A DNA stretch of 64,000 nucleotides from Eledone cirrhosa (taxonomy: Eukaryota), in the NCBI GenBank assembly GCA_964016885.1, contig OZ024752.1, forward strand, positions 10,044,001-10,108,000. The letters run 5' to 3'. Positions 26,099-39,880 of this stretch are shown in pieces. The notes under the pieces are model-generated. The model did no database searches and was not told where the DNA came from. It saw nothing but the letters and a program-made list of their open reading frames with translations. How positions within the stretch are numbered: position 1 is the stretch's first letter; every line of letters starts with the position of its first letter. Position numbers and translations under genes: made by a program.

Positions 26099-26738
26099 CT
26101 AGCGGAAAAACCACCCTTCGTGTGGTTTTCTGCTAGCATGTGTAGTGTGCATATTGATATTATACGAAAATATTCATGTAGATATTATACATCAAATAAA
26201 ATCGTAATTGACAATATACACAGAAATTGTACGAGCCCTGTGTTACACTCGATTCTGCAATCAGTAAAGTAATCCAAGATACATTTAAAAAAGACGATAT
26301 TATATATGAACAGCATTAGAAAATAAAATAATTGTTTCTACTTTAGGCACAAGGCCAGCAATAACCAGTACATTACTGGTACTTTATTTTATCGACCCCT
26401 AAGGATGAAAGGCAAAGTTAACCTCGACGGGATTTGAACTCATAGGGACGTAACTATGTCAGAAAGCATGGCGTCCAACCCTCTACCGATACTGCCGACG
26501 GAAATATATGCGATGTTTTTATAAGTGTTATAATGTACCGGAAGTGTTGACATTTGAAAATTTTAAAGAAGTGAATCTTTAAACATGCAACAAAATATAT
26601 TTAATCAAGAGTTACGAAATTTAGTATATAAATTATTCATTCATTATTTATTCAAAGTAATCCAACTTATTTTACAAACGGGTTAAAACAATATATTCTG
26701 GACGCAGTCTCGTACACCTTTCTTTATTATAGTTAAGA
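26099..26738 (-). mobile_element. Non-autonomous Helitron carrying a nested SINE A (26328-26495)
   Basis: On the minus strand: A|TCTTAACTATAATAAA 5' end, subterminal hairpin GAAAACCAC-ACGAAGG-GTGGTTTTTC and CTAG|T 3' end. Homologous to 49742-50310. Confidence 0.7.
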
Positions 26739-27737
26739 TGTATAATTCAGAAACATTTGTAGAAAATATACTAACCACAACATCCATTGATTGATATGAA
26801 ATGACAATATGATAACTCCTTGAATATAGGTTTTTTTATATAGAGAAAACGCCAACAATGTTTGGGAACGAGAAAGTCGTTACTGGTATTTTAATTTATC
26901 GACTCCGTAAGGATAAAAGTCAAAGCTAACCTTGGTGGGATTTGAACTCAGATCGTAAAAGCCATAACTATATTCCACACAGTTTTTTTTCCAATACGCT
27001 AGTAATACTGCCATCTACCACATTTTACTAATTTGTTTTTATATTTTTCACAAGGCCAGCAATTTAAAAGGAAGGGGAAAGTCGATTAAATCGACACAAA
27101 TGCGTTACAGGTAAATTATTTTATCGTTCCCATAAGAATGAAAGTGAAAGCTAACCTCAGTGGAATTTGGACTCAGAACCTATAGAGTTGTAGTTACATT
27201 CTGCAAAGCATTTTGCACGAAATAATCTCGAATTATTTAAATATCAAGGAAATAGGATATTGCAAATGGAAATAAGTATTTAGAGATATATAAACCAAAT
27301 TTCTATAGATAATTAAATAGCTATATTCTAATTACACTGACAAATGACATGTTCATAAGTTTTGAAATATTTATCTTGCTGAGAGCGTATAAATAATAGT
27401 AAAACAGTATATTTCCTTCATACATAATATGTTTATAGAAGATAGATATATTTTGGAATCATATTATATTATAATATAAAGAGTTATTACATATGTAATT
27501 ATATTAGCAGATAATATAATTACATATCAATATTATAATAGAATATAATATGATTATTGAAGAGTACACGTAAAAAGCCTTCGTAAATCCCTGTCGAAGT
27601 CTACTACAAATCTATTGTCCATGACTGTATTTATGTTGAAATATTATCTGCTAAAGTATATTCTGTAGGATCGCATGCGTCGTGCTGTTCAGACGTGAAT
27701 ACATATTCAATCTTCAGCTCTAATTTAACCAATAGTA

Positions 27738-27931
27738 ACACACACACATATATATACACACATATATATATATATATACACATATATATATATACACATA
27801 CACACATATATATATACACACACACACATATATATATACACACACATATATATATATATATACACACATATATATATATATACACACACATATATATATA
27901 TATACACATACACACATATATATATACACAC

Positions 27932-27982
<51 letters not shown>

Positions 27983-28238
27983 ATTAATTAAATTAATATA
28001 TATATATATACACACATATATATATATATACATATATATAAAATGTGGGTAACAAAGTATATATATATGTATATATATATATATATATATACACACATTT
28101 ATATATATATATATAATTAAATTAATATATATATATATATATACATATATATATAATTAATTTAATTAATATATATATATATATATATAATTAATTTAAT
28201 TAATATATATATATATATATAATGTGGGTAACAAAGTA

Positions 28239-28286
<48 letters not shown>

Positions 28287-28364
28287 GTGGGTAACAAAGT
28301 ATATTTATATATATATATATATATATATAATTAATTAAATTAATATATATATTTATATACACAC

Positions 28365-28410
<46 letters not shown>

Positions 28411-28440
28411 TGATATATATATATATATATATACACACAC

Positions 28441-28477
<37 letters not shown>

Positions 28478-28490
28478 CATTTATATATAT
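27738..28490. repeat. Compound (TA)n/(CA)n array with repeated AATGTGGGTAACAAAGT units
   Basis: Directly visible. Confidence 0.9.
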
Positions 28491-29149
28491 AAAGGGAAAA
28501 AATGAAACGAAATTTCATTTCCCACTCTTAGTACGGCTGTTACTTAAATATAAGTATGTACACGTACATACATATATGTATACAGACGTACAGTAATATG
28601 TATATATATATACATACATGCACACATATATATATGCACGTATCGATTCACCGAACATTTATTATAATGCTCGGTGTGTTTGTAAACAAACATCCCGTAT
28701 CAAGCCGTATTGTCTAGCAACCACCGTTGCTCGTTTGTTCAACACTGACAAAGGAACGCTGTACTAGTTTCAAGCTTATTAGCTATCGTCAGCAACGTAT
28801 ACCTTCCTGCCAGATTGTTGAACGTATATACTTACCTTATGCATATTAACGCCTGAGTTGCCCAATTTGCATATCGAGTGGGTTAATCGGCCGGGTGCAC
28901 CGAAAACGATAAACGGAGAAAATGAAACGAAATTTCATTTCCCACGCTTAGTACGGCTGTTACTTAAATATAAGTATGTACACGTGCATACATGTATATA
29001 TATATACATATATATTAAAGAGTTAAAGAAGATTCAATGAGTATATCAATGAGTTTTACAGTAGATTGGAAGCACTCTACGAAAAATAATTTTCCAGAGT
29101 TATTAATATTAAAATACAAATATTTAACATCTCAGGGTATGTCATGTAT

Positions 29150-29209
29150 CATTTTATTTTGTCTGATGAGGACGTACTGTTGTACCTCCGAAATATGTAT
29201 AATAAAATG
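29150..29209 (+). ncRNA. Hammerhead-like motif (imperfect)
   Basis: CTGATGA-GGACGTAC(TGTT)GTACCTCC-GAAA-TATGTA flanked by CATTTTATT/AATAAAATG. The stem I junction next to the core is imperfect. Confidence 0.45.
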
Positions 29210-29399
29210 TAATTGATCAAAAGAACATCTATTTTATTAATATTTTTATTTTAAAATATATACACCGTTGATTTATTATTTTAAATCGATATGGACAAAC
29301 TGTAGTATAATAATTAGTATACTTCAATCTGGCTAAATTTTTCCTTTTGCAATATATATACAGATGTTTTGGTATCTGTGTTTCATCACATACATATTA

Positions 29400-29472
<73 letters not shown>

Positions 29473-31082
29473 TATGTATATAATCCGAATAAATTGTGTA
29501 ATCTCTGCCTTCTGCAGACCCATACTACAATCCTTTCCAAACTAGACCTCCTTAATAGTAAGTCAGAGACATTTTCCTCGTGCCAACACCGGTACCGACT
29601 CTCGTTCCATAACTTTAAACCTAGCTGTTAGTATACAACACTGTCAGATTTGAATTCCCCCCTCCCACCATTAATACTACACATCTAGGACTTAGCAGCA
29701 CCCACAACCACAAAGCCCTCGACCAACTCTTTCGGCTACACAACTTCTATTCATCTCTAACCTTATGCCCTACAATAACAGTTAGAATTAGACATATATT
29801 TACCACCTTGTGATATAACTACAATAGATTAATTATATCTTATACAGTAATGGATATTTGGCGCCTGGTATGTAGAGACATTTAATGTAATGTGTGACTG
29901 TAATAGCATTCTATATTAGGGATTGTATTATTACACATATAGCATATCTATTATGACATATTAACAGCTGTATAATCCTTCATAACATATACCTTGTCCA
30001 GTAATGAAGAGATACCAATCTAAAGAAACCTTTAATGCATGATAGTAGAATACACTGTATTTAAAATCAGGCATAAATATTAAGGGCTATGTAACAGAGA
30101 TCCAATGGTATCACATTATATTGTGTGTTAGAACAAAGAATTTAAATAACTGAATTGAACCTAATTAGCTACCCCCCCCCCCCCCTTTACGCATTAGCTC
30201 CCCTTATTCACTTCCGGAAATTAACGATTGAAAATATAACGGTTGGTCAAATATAGTCTATGAATATGAATTCATTAAGACTAATTTACAATGCATTGCT
30301 CTAACTAACTTAGAGCACTCAATATAAAAATTAACTAAATGTTAATTCAATATATGTCATGGAAATGTCTGCAAAAACTGTATGTTTCTGTAACTCACAT
30401 TAATTCGAACACCATCAACATTCAACATCCACCATAGACTCTAATACATTAATATGTTTGCTTCAACTGCAGTATTTATTCATCTATATATGCATAATAG
30501 CTTTGCTTGTCTCCTTCTCATGTATATGACTTACTCAGTCACACTATCCACACGCCTGCATATGATTTGTTATCGCACTCTTCCTTTCTCAAAACTGCTT
30601 CCTCAATGCCTCTTTAATATTTGGACTATTCCCTTGTTTTAACTGTTGCATGTATTCCACTTCGTGATTTTGATTTTAATTTTAATGTTGATTTGAATTT
30701 CAACTTGAATGCTTGTACAATTATTGTACAATTCTCGTAAAATATATGTCACATCCATTTCACCCTGTAAATACGAAACTGTTGCTCACAACATCGATTT
30801 ATATGTATCTATATTATTGTTCAGTTGAATAGGAGGGTAATTATATGTGCAAACATTGATAATGCTCCAATGATTCCAAACGAGAGTTTGGAAGAAACGA
30901 TTGTCAGCTATTAAATGATTTGAACACAACTTTGATAATTGTATAATTTATTCATTTAACTGCTCTGTAAAACAACTGATCTTTATACATTGAGCTATTT
31001 CTCTTACTGGCAATAAGGTAATTAAGAAATTACTGACCTTCCTGTTTATTGCTTATACTATATACATAACTATAAATAGTAT

Positions 31083-31148
<66 letters not shown>

Positions 31149-31649
31149 CATAGAAGGTGTGGTAAGATACCAGGTGGACCATAACGCACCGAAGTACTGG
31201 GTATTTAGGGTAGCAGAGTGGGGAATAGGAAAAGAGTCAGGATCCCGACGGCTGAGCTTCCGCCGTTTCGACAGCTAGAGCCGTTCGGATCTAGCTGTCG
31301 AAACGGCCGGAGCTCAGCCGTGGAGGTCTTGATTCGTTTCCTATATATATATTCGTTTCCTATATATATATATATATGTGTGTGTGTGTTTAATGGTAGT
31401 TATGCTGCTTCCATAGGCGGTATGCAAGTTGAGTACTCAATGTTCTTACAGAGCAGAGTGTGATATAATATAAAACGAAAAATTGCTGATGCATCTGGAC
31501 TCAATTTATTGTGTGTTACAATTGTTTCGCCGGCAGACAGCTCGAGACACGATCATTGTATGGATCTGTCTGATTCTAGAACTGCAGGTTCTTCGGACAC
31601 TTCCAATAATTTCGGAACAAATTTTCTTACATATATTTTCTCATATATA

Positions 31650-31830
31650 TAATTGTTTCTACTTTAGGCACAAGGCCAGCAATTACCTAGTGCATTACTG
31701 GTACTTTATTTTATCGACCCCGTAAGGATGAAAGGCAAAGTCAACCTCGGCGGGATTTGAACTCAGATCGTAAAGGGACGTAACTATGCTGGAAAGCATG
31801 GCGTCCGGCCCTCTACTGATACTACCAATC
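31650..31830 (-). mobile_element. SINE family A
   Basis: Full reverse-complement copy. Confidence 0.9.
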
Positions 31831-32594
31831 GAATGCTTATATACATTTTTTCTTCTAACTTTGATTTTGAACCTATTTGTGTATGGTTGGCGATATATCT
31901 AATCGATTTCCACGTGCTATTAGAAATACTGGGTAAATATTCTGAGGCTGTTGATCGCGGATAGATAGCTATCGTTTATTTAGCTATTGTTTCTTCATAG
32001 GTGCCTTTTAATCTTATAGCCTCGTTTAATTTATTTTTTGTGTGTTTGATTATGCTGATTGGGAGAGGAAATACTGTATATATTTTATCAAATAATTCTT
32101 TGGACGTACTTTCTTGTGTATATATATATATATTCACTCTCGGTTTTCGAATAATCGTCCCCACCAGCTTATTAATTGTTCAGATGCTTTTCCACAAACC
32201 CCGCGCTTATTTCCCTCCACCCCACACATTACTTATTACAATTTCGCTAATCTAACTCCGGCAAAATTTTATTTTACGTGTTAGCAATCCTGCAAACATC
32301 AATTGTCTTTATACATTAGAAAAACATGAGACATGATGAAATAAATACACTACTAGAAAACCCATGCCTTATAAAATAAATAGGTTAGTTTGGGGTCTCA
32401 ATATGTAAAGTAAACGACTAATTCTGGTTTTAAAAAAGAATCAAAGCCCAACGCCTATTCGCGCACACCCTATTATTTGGGATCCGAGAATTGGTGAGAC
32501 ATATTTTAATTTATAGGTATATATATACTCAGAAATCAAGTTATATATGCAAGTATTAAAACGATCCAAACTAGTACGACAGAGTGAATAATCA

Positions 32595-32654
<60 letters not shown>

Positions 32655-33173
32655 TCTCTCTCTTCCAGTCACGTATTATCCCTCTCTCCCTCCTACTCAC
32701 TTATACTCTTTCTCTCCAACCATTAATCCCAGCCCACCCCCTTATCTCTCTCCTCCCTTACTACTTCCGTTCCCTTCGTCTCTCCCTCTTTATACCTGTT
32801 CAACCCCATATCAGACGTGTTTCTCTTCGCGCTCTCTCCTTTTAAAAATGTCTGAGGGCTTACACCCGACCACCTTCTTAACTTCCTCTCTTTCCCCTTC
32901 GTTACTGCTACATACATGTGTTATTGCCTCGTGTTTTCCCCTGTCTCTCGGTATATTTTCTGGTTATGTTTTCTTTCACTTCGTTATCGTCTCTTTGTCT
33001 TTCCTGAATAACTTCCTGAAGTTAATGTCGCACTATGGGTAGATGTATTGTCTTTGATGCATTGAGACCCACAGCAGACAACTGAAGATGGGAATTGTCC
33101 TTAGTTTGTGGTTTTCCTTACATTTCTAAATACTCTTTATTAGTAACCACACAGCACCTTGTCCTATTTAATT

Positions 33174-33230
<57 letters not shown>

Positions 33231-33318
33231 CACCGGAGCTGAAACAACTTGGTACATTATGAGCCGGTATTAGTCGAGCTGCGAATTATAATATACACTA
33301 TGTAAGCGATTGTATATA

Positions 33319-34398
33319 TCTATATATTAATTTCCACAACGTCAGTATTCAGTGTGTCATAATTCTCGATTATCATTGGTTCATAGGTTTCAAACGACTC
33401 CGCCCACCTCAACGACGCCAAACTTAAATTAATACGCATAATGCCAATGAGGGTGTGAGAGGGAGAGTAAGAAACAGAGAAGCAAAGTGAACGCTGTAAC
33501 TATTACCATGTGTGCGTGTGTATGTACGTGCGCGTATGCTTATGTGTGTGTAAGTGTGTGTAAGTGCACGACTGCGTGTGTAAGTTTGCGTGCGTATGCG
33601 CGTTTCCATGCGTGTATGTGTGTGTACAGGGGGCGTTCCACAATCGCCACGCAGTTTATCTGTATGTGTGCCTGACTGTCAGTCTAACATACCCAGAGTT
33701 GTGAAGGGAGTAAATAGGGACCTTTTTTACATTGACGGACATCTTTTATATTTATTATTGTGTCATCTTTTGACAATTGCTCGAGATGAATACTGATAAT
33801 AAAAGCAATTCGACTTTATCAAATCGTGAACTACAGCGGCGACGGCGTATAGCCAGGAATGAAGAAAAACGAGCCGAACAGCGCCATCGGAACGCCGAAC
33901 TTCAGAGGCGAAGACGTGCCGCCATGAATGAAGAAGAGCGGGCTGAACAACGCCAACGAAACACTGGACCCAAGCAGCGACGGCGTGCTGCGATGGTTGA
34001 TGACGAACTGGCTGAGCATCATCTTTTATATTAATTAAATATATATATATCTAGATATAATATAAAAGATTGGAACTTCCATCATCCTTTTGAGAAACGT
34101 GGAACAACCACGTCTATGCAATGATACACGTTTTACAGTCGGTCTTAAGATAAACCATATCCTATAGGTCACTATTCTAGGTGGGAGCACCTAGAATTGT
34201 CCATATACTATGCACAAACGGTACAACGAAGAATCTGGTATATCTGGAATATTTGTTTTAATGTTTTTTTTGTATCACACAGACATCACGGACTCGCCTC
34301 ATACTGTAACCAGACAAACATCCAATACAGTCATTTTCTCTTTTACCTGTCTTCTCTTATCATCTGTTTACCCGGGCGAAGCTGGGTACGTCAGCTAG
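33319..34398 (+). mobile_element. Non-autonomous Helitron
   Basis: 5' A|TCTATATATTAA and 3' hairpin CCCGGGCGAAGCTGGG followed by CTAG|T. Internal R/E/Q-rich repeat coding remnant at 33820-34010 (ELQRRRRAAMNEEERAEQRQRN) resembles Helitron RepHel N-termini. The 5' end is tentative. Confidence 0.7.
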
Positions 34399-35067
34399 TT
34401 AGATTAATGCGTCATTTCAAAACTGAGATTTAACAATGACTGAAGTTTGGTTTTAGTTTGCCTTTAGAAAAATAATTCATGGAGTAGTTGATAAAACTAT
34501 CGCTGAAAACGGGCCAAATGTGATATCGATCAAATACATATTAACCGAATCTTATCTTTGAACCAAAGGAAAAAACACAATGAATAAAATGTGTACAATA
34601 TTATGTACGAAAACAGTTATTTAGGTGAAATATTATCTATTTCATAATTTTAGCAGAAAAAATAGTTTATTATTCCGAATAGAATATATGAAACGGTATA
34701 CTTTATACAAACATTCATACATACATGTATAGAAGTAAGATGTATAATGAATTTGTTTATTACCCAGGAACTTGTGTATGGGTCTTCGGTGCGTGCTGAT
34801 ACACGTGTCTATTTTGCTGCGTGTATGTATACAGGTGTTTTGATATAGATTGTTTGTGTGTGTGTGCTCTTATTGTCAAGTCAAGAGTTTTCAAACTATA
34901 CGGTCAAATATAAAGATCAGCACGTGGGTGAGTAGGTTATGCCTGGTTTGAAGGTTGGCTGGTAAGAGAACCAGAGGCCGGCAGCCAAAACGATGGCTTG
35001 ATAATGTCAACTTATGGACTTTAAATTCAACTGCTGGTGATCGAAAGGCATTATATATTCCTGGAAG

Positions 35068-35260
35068 TGCGGTGGGTTGGCAGTATCAGTAGAGGGTCGG
35101 ACGCCATGCTTTGCAGCCACGAGTTACGGCCCTTTATGGTCTGAGTTCAAATCCCGCCGAGGTTAACTTTGCCTTTCATCCTTACGGGGTCGATAAAATA
35201 TAGTACCAGTAATACACTGTGATAATTTGCTGGCTTTGTGCCAAAAGTAGAAACAATTAT
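35068..35260 (+). mobile_element. SINE family A, lying between two copies of a ~75 bp direct repeat (34950-35020, 35274-35345)
   Basis: Full SINE. AAGGTTGGCTGGT.AG...GATAATGTCAACTTATGGACT occurs on both sides. Confidence 0.85.
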
Positions 35261-37031
35261 ATATTCGTGGAAGAAAGGTTGGCTGGTGAGTGAATCAGAG
35301 GCTGGCAGCCAAAATGATGGGTTGATAATGTCAACTTATGGACTGGACTTGATGTTTGCTCTTTAAACTCTGATACTATGTGGAGAAAAATATCTCATGT
35401 TGATGCGCAGTCTGCAACTGGCTGAGTTTAGCGTCAAATTATTAGTTGTAGTTGTTATTTCATTTGTATATATATATATATTCTATCTTTGATCGCAATA
35501 TCTGATTCAAACCACGATTTCATATTAAAAAATAACTTGCAAAACAAAATACATCTCTAAGCTTTCATATAACTATTTCTATTCTTCATTTAATGAATCA
35601 ACATAGATTTTTAAACTGAATTCTCTGTTTTAATTAATAAAGTTATAGCGGAAGTCATATATACTCTAACCATCTAGATATTCTTTGCAGGAAACTGATG
35701 GTTGATGTGTTTTTAAAGAAATCGTTGAATTTATACAACGGCCGTATGGCATTCATTTACATAATTCGTTTTGTTTGGCAAACATACAATTATGTCCGCC
35801 AATATTCAGTTACTGAATCTATGCATTATCGAAAACGAATATATATATATATATAAATATATATATAAACGAACAAACAACTATAATTAAATGATGCTGC
35901 ATACATATAAATATGAACGACTATGTTAATATGATTACACCACATATGAATTGACATACGAAAATAATCTAAACCAATATTCTTTTCTTTCATAGACAAA
36001 TTCCATATGTCAGTCTAGAATAGCTATAATAGAACTATTATTGGAAATATTCTATGTTCAGAAGAAGCATATGATTGTGAATCGTAAATCTGAATGTTCA
36101 ATATATGATAGAGAATTCTTGTTAACCTTATATTATTGTAAATCGACACAATTGTCACTCACTTTAAAACAAGGCACGATGACATAATAAGATTCAGAAT
36201 AATTAACAAGTAAATCTATTGAGCTCCAGATAGATCGAGTGGAATACCAACCGTCGACAGTAATAATATAAAGATTACTTGTAATAAATCTGGTGTTGAA
36301 ATGCTGCCAAGTTTTAAGTAACTTTAGTATAGTCCTCCATGGATCCTACTTTTGTAGAGTATTCTAGAATGTCGCATTGCAAACGATGAGGAGTTTAAAC
36401 AAATACAAATGTTTAGCTAACACTACACCTCATTTATAATAATCTTATATATGTATTAATAAAATCACAAACAGCTGAAACAATTGTATGAACAAGTAGA
36501 TAGTTATATATATTTTATTTAAGCTTGAACTACAAAACAGAAAAATATATTCAGATTTGTGAAATAACCTGTTAGCGCACACTAGCACACTTGAATCAAT
36601 GTATATAGAGGCTGAGGAAGAAATATCTACTATATTTTACATACCCAACCCTTAATATATGGATGGTGCTTTTGCCGCACTCTGAATATAGCTTGCACAT
36701 AAGCTATCTGTATAGATGTTATGTTTTTTTTCTGGTATGAACAATCAACATTGAGTTTCAAGAAATGGTTTTTCCAAAGAAAATGGTTTCAAAAATAAAT
36801 GTTTTAGAAACATCAATTGATTGTATAGCAGTCTGTCTGAATTGCAAGACATTTATTATCTGATGAAATAAAAAAAGAATTATTTCATAAGTTGAAACAT
36901 ATCAAAGAACTAAACAAATAGAAACATTTCGGTATTTCTTTCTACTTTTGCAAAGTCATGGTATCAAATATATGCGAAAGATTCGTGAAATCATGGTTCC
37001 AAATTTGGTATATTATATGTAAATAAATAGA

Positions 37032-37222
37032 TGGCGGTGGATTGGCAGTATCGGTAGAGGGTCGGACGCCATGCTTTGACGCATAGAGTTATGGCCCTTC
37101 CCATTTTGAGTTCAACTCCCGCCGAGATTAACTTTGCCTTTCATTCTTACGGGGTCGAAAAATAAAGTACTAGTAATGCACTGGGTAATTGCTTGCCTTG
37201 TGCCAAAAAGTAGAAACAATTA
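37032..37222 (+). mobile_element. SINE family A
   Basis: Full copy. A TSD-like ATTATATGTAAATAAA occurs on both sides. Confidence 0.9.
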
Positions 37223-37611
37223 TATGTAAATAAAGCTTATTGTGATATATTTCTCGAATCTCGCACCAGGTAGTATATACTGCAGTATATCAATCAGCAC
37301 GTAAATGCTTTAATTTAAACAAACGTCTCCCGAACGTGCTAGGAAACCTGACTACAAATTCATTTGAGGCATTGGAAATATAGTTAGACGTATATCTTTC
37401 AGAAATAGCTGAGATATATTGTGAGTAAATCATACCGACGTATAAATGAGATTATCGGGAATAACAAGTCATACATTGGACAACAGTAGCAAGGGGTAGG
37501 ATGAAAAGCAGTCAGAAAATGAACCAAAATTACAAAATTACACGCGAAGTGTGTGTGTTTGCCTGCGTGAGTGTGTGTGTGCCTGTATACATGAGTATAT
37601 GAAGAGGTACT

Positions 37612-37663
<52 letters not shown>

Positions 37664-37732
37664 CAGATTAAAGTTTAAGCAAAGAATTGCTGCTTTCACA
37701 CTTCGAATTTTAGTATTCACATTTATTATTAA

Positions 37733-37769
<37 letters not shown>

Positions 37770-38545
37770 ATATTAACAAATGGAAACTATATTTATAAAA
37801 CTATATTTATTTCATTATACATATTTCCATATATATATATAAAATAGAGGTGTGACACACGAGTTCTGATATTTTAGTAAAAAGGGAAAGGAAATGCTGA
37901 CAAATTTTTCCCAGTAAAAAATACTTTAATTAGGAATAAGTATAAATTACTAATACGTATTGGTTAGTATTCATATTTAGTTTTAATTTTTTTCCGGTTG
38001 CGCATTTCTAATGATTTTCAAAAATAATTTTGAAATAGACCGCTCGTCGTTTTTGCTCTATTCTCAGATTAGAGCAAAAATCACCACCGCTCTATCTCAA
38101 AATTATTTGAGACAAAATCTTAAAACAAATGACACAATCTTATTACAAATGACAAACATTTAATACAAAACTGAGTGTTAAATTAATATATTGTACAGTA
38201 AGTCGTGGCTACAAAGGAATTATCCTGGTCAGACAGCTGAATATTTTGAATGTGTCAGAGTAAGAAAATAACAGATACAACAACTGGTTGTGATGAAATT
38301 CCAATGAAGAAAACATTTAGAAAATCGAGGGACCAAAATTCGAAATTATTCTTTTTTTGAATTCTATATGTTCAAGAGATTATCCAAATTACAAATTAAA
38401 AAAAGTGGGTTATTCTACAAATCGCTTTACATAACGCCCCTCTCGCTCTCTCTCTCATATATGTGTGTATGGTGTGTACACACACACATAGATACATATA
38501 TATATGAAGTATTTATGTAGTTAGGGTAAAGGAAAGGAGAGTGTT

Positions 38546-38758
38546 TAATTATGTAATAAATAACATAAGACAATTATTACATTTACCAAAGGTTTCAGAA
38601 GACATACGAACTCAACGGAATCGTCTGAAATCGCTAATCAAAATGAAAATTGAATTACATTTTCATTCTGATGAGCGATTTCAGAAGTCTCTGTTGAGGT
38701 CGTTTGTCTTCGTGAAACCTTTGGTAAATGGAATAATTATCTTATGCTGTTTATTACA

Positions 38759-38764
<6 letters not shown>
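38546..38764. mobile_element. ~220 bp palindromic element whose arms are hammerhead-bearing pLTR-like units
   Basis: Arms 38546-38650 and 38659-38764 are imperfect reverse complements; the right end runs into (TA)n. Confidence 0.75.
38664..38730 (+). ncRNA. Type I hammerhead ribozyme motif
   Basis: CATT-CTGATGA-GCGA...TCGT-GAAA-CC(TTT)GG-TA-AATG. Intact core with stems I-III; predicted GUA cleavage after 38726. Confidence 0.7.
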
Positions 38765-38826
<62 letters not shown>

Positions 38827-39817
38827 CATATATATGTTTTTTTGGGAGGAATGGTCAAATGCGGGATTTGAAACCTCGGGGGACCGCCTTTGTTCCGTGT
38901 ATAAAGCTATATATTGATATATATATAAAATTATGATTATAAAAAAATTCATTCAGAGCAGTAACATGATTTCTCTACGTGCGTATCAGTAATTGTTAGA
39001 GTCAGCATATTTGTCAATCGTCTGTATGTGTACCTGAGATTAAAAACGTTTATTCGTATATTTAACTAACAAATGGAAAATATATAGAATTTCGAGACAG
39101 ACTGGTAGTTTGATAATACAAATCATTTTCCATACATTATATTTTTGAATGCTATCCGTATGTTTATGTTTTGAATGTCGTTTATCTAGAATCATACCCA
39201 GGATTAACGCATGTTTCATTTTTAATCCCATAACAGTTATTTATTACCTAACTAATGGATTCGCCTTTCGGTTTACTGGGCAATTTACTGGTTAGCTGAA
39301 GTTTAAGAGAATATGGTATTTTTACTATTTACAGAATGTAAGGTGCTTTTTCAGCCGGTAAGTATTCGCCATCTAGAGAACTGTTCCTGCGCCTGCTTGA
39401 TAGATAATAGCGCTGGCTAGATGCAGCCAAGTACTAGATTGAAATATTAAATCAAGCAGAATATTAAATCTACAATTCGAGCATGAATCTAGTTAGAGTA
39501 GAAATCCAAATAGATTACATTCTAATTCCGTTGCGGAATCATGCGGTAATTATTGCTAATGATAGCCCATCTAAGCTAATTAGGTGCTCCCATTAACGAG
39601 AATAATACGCCCTTACTCCAAAATGTTGTTCCTTAAAGAAATGAATAAATGTGAGACAGTATTAATATCAGGTTAATTTCTAAACATTGAATGACTGTGC
39701 AATTAAGGAGTTCAATTCGCTACCACGTTCCTCCTGCCCAGGTCTCATCTTCTATAACCTCTACTTGAAAAATACCTTCAAATTGTAATTCAGTTCACAG
39801 AAAAGGGAAACATCTAT

Positions 39818-39880
<63 letters not shown>

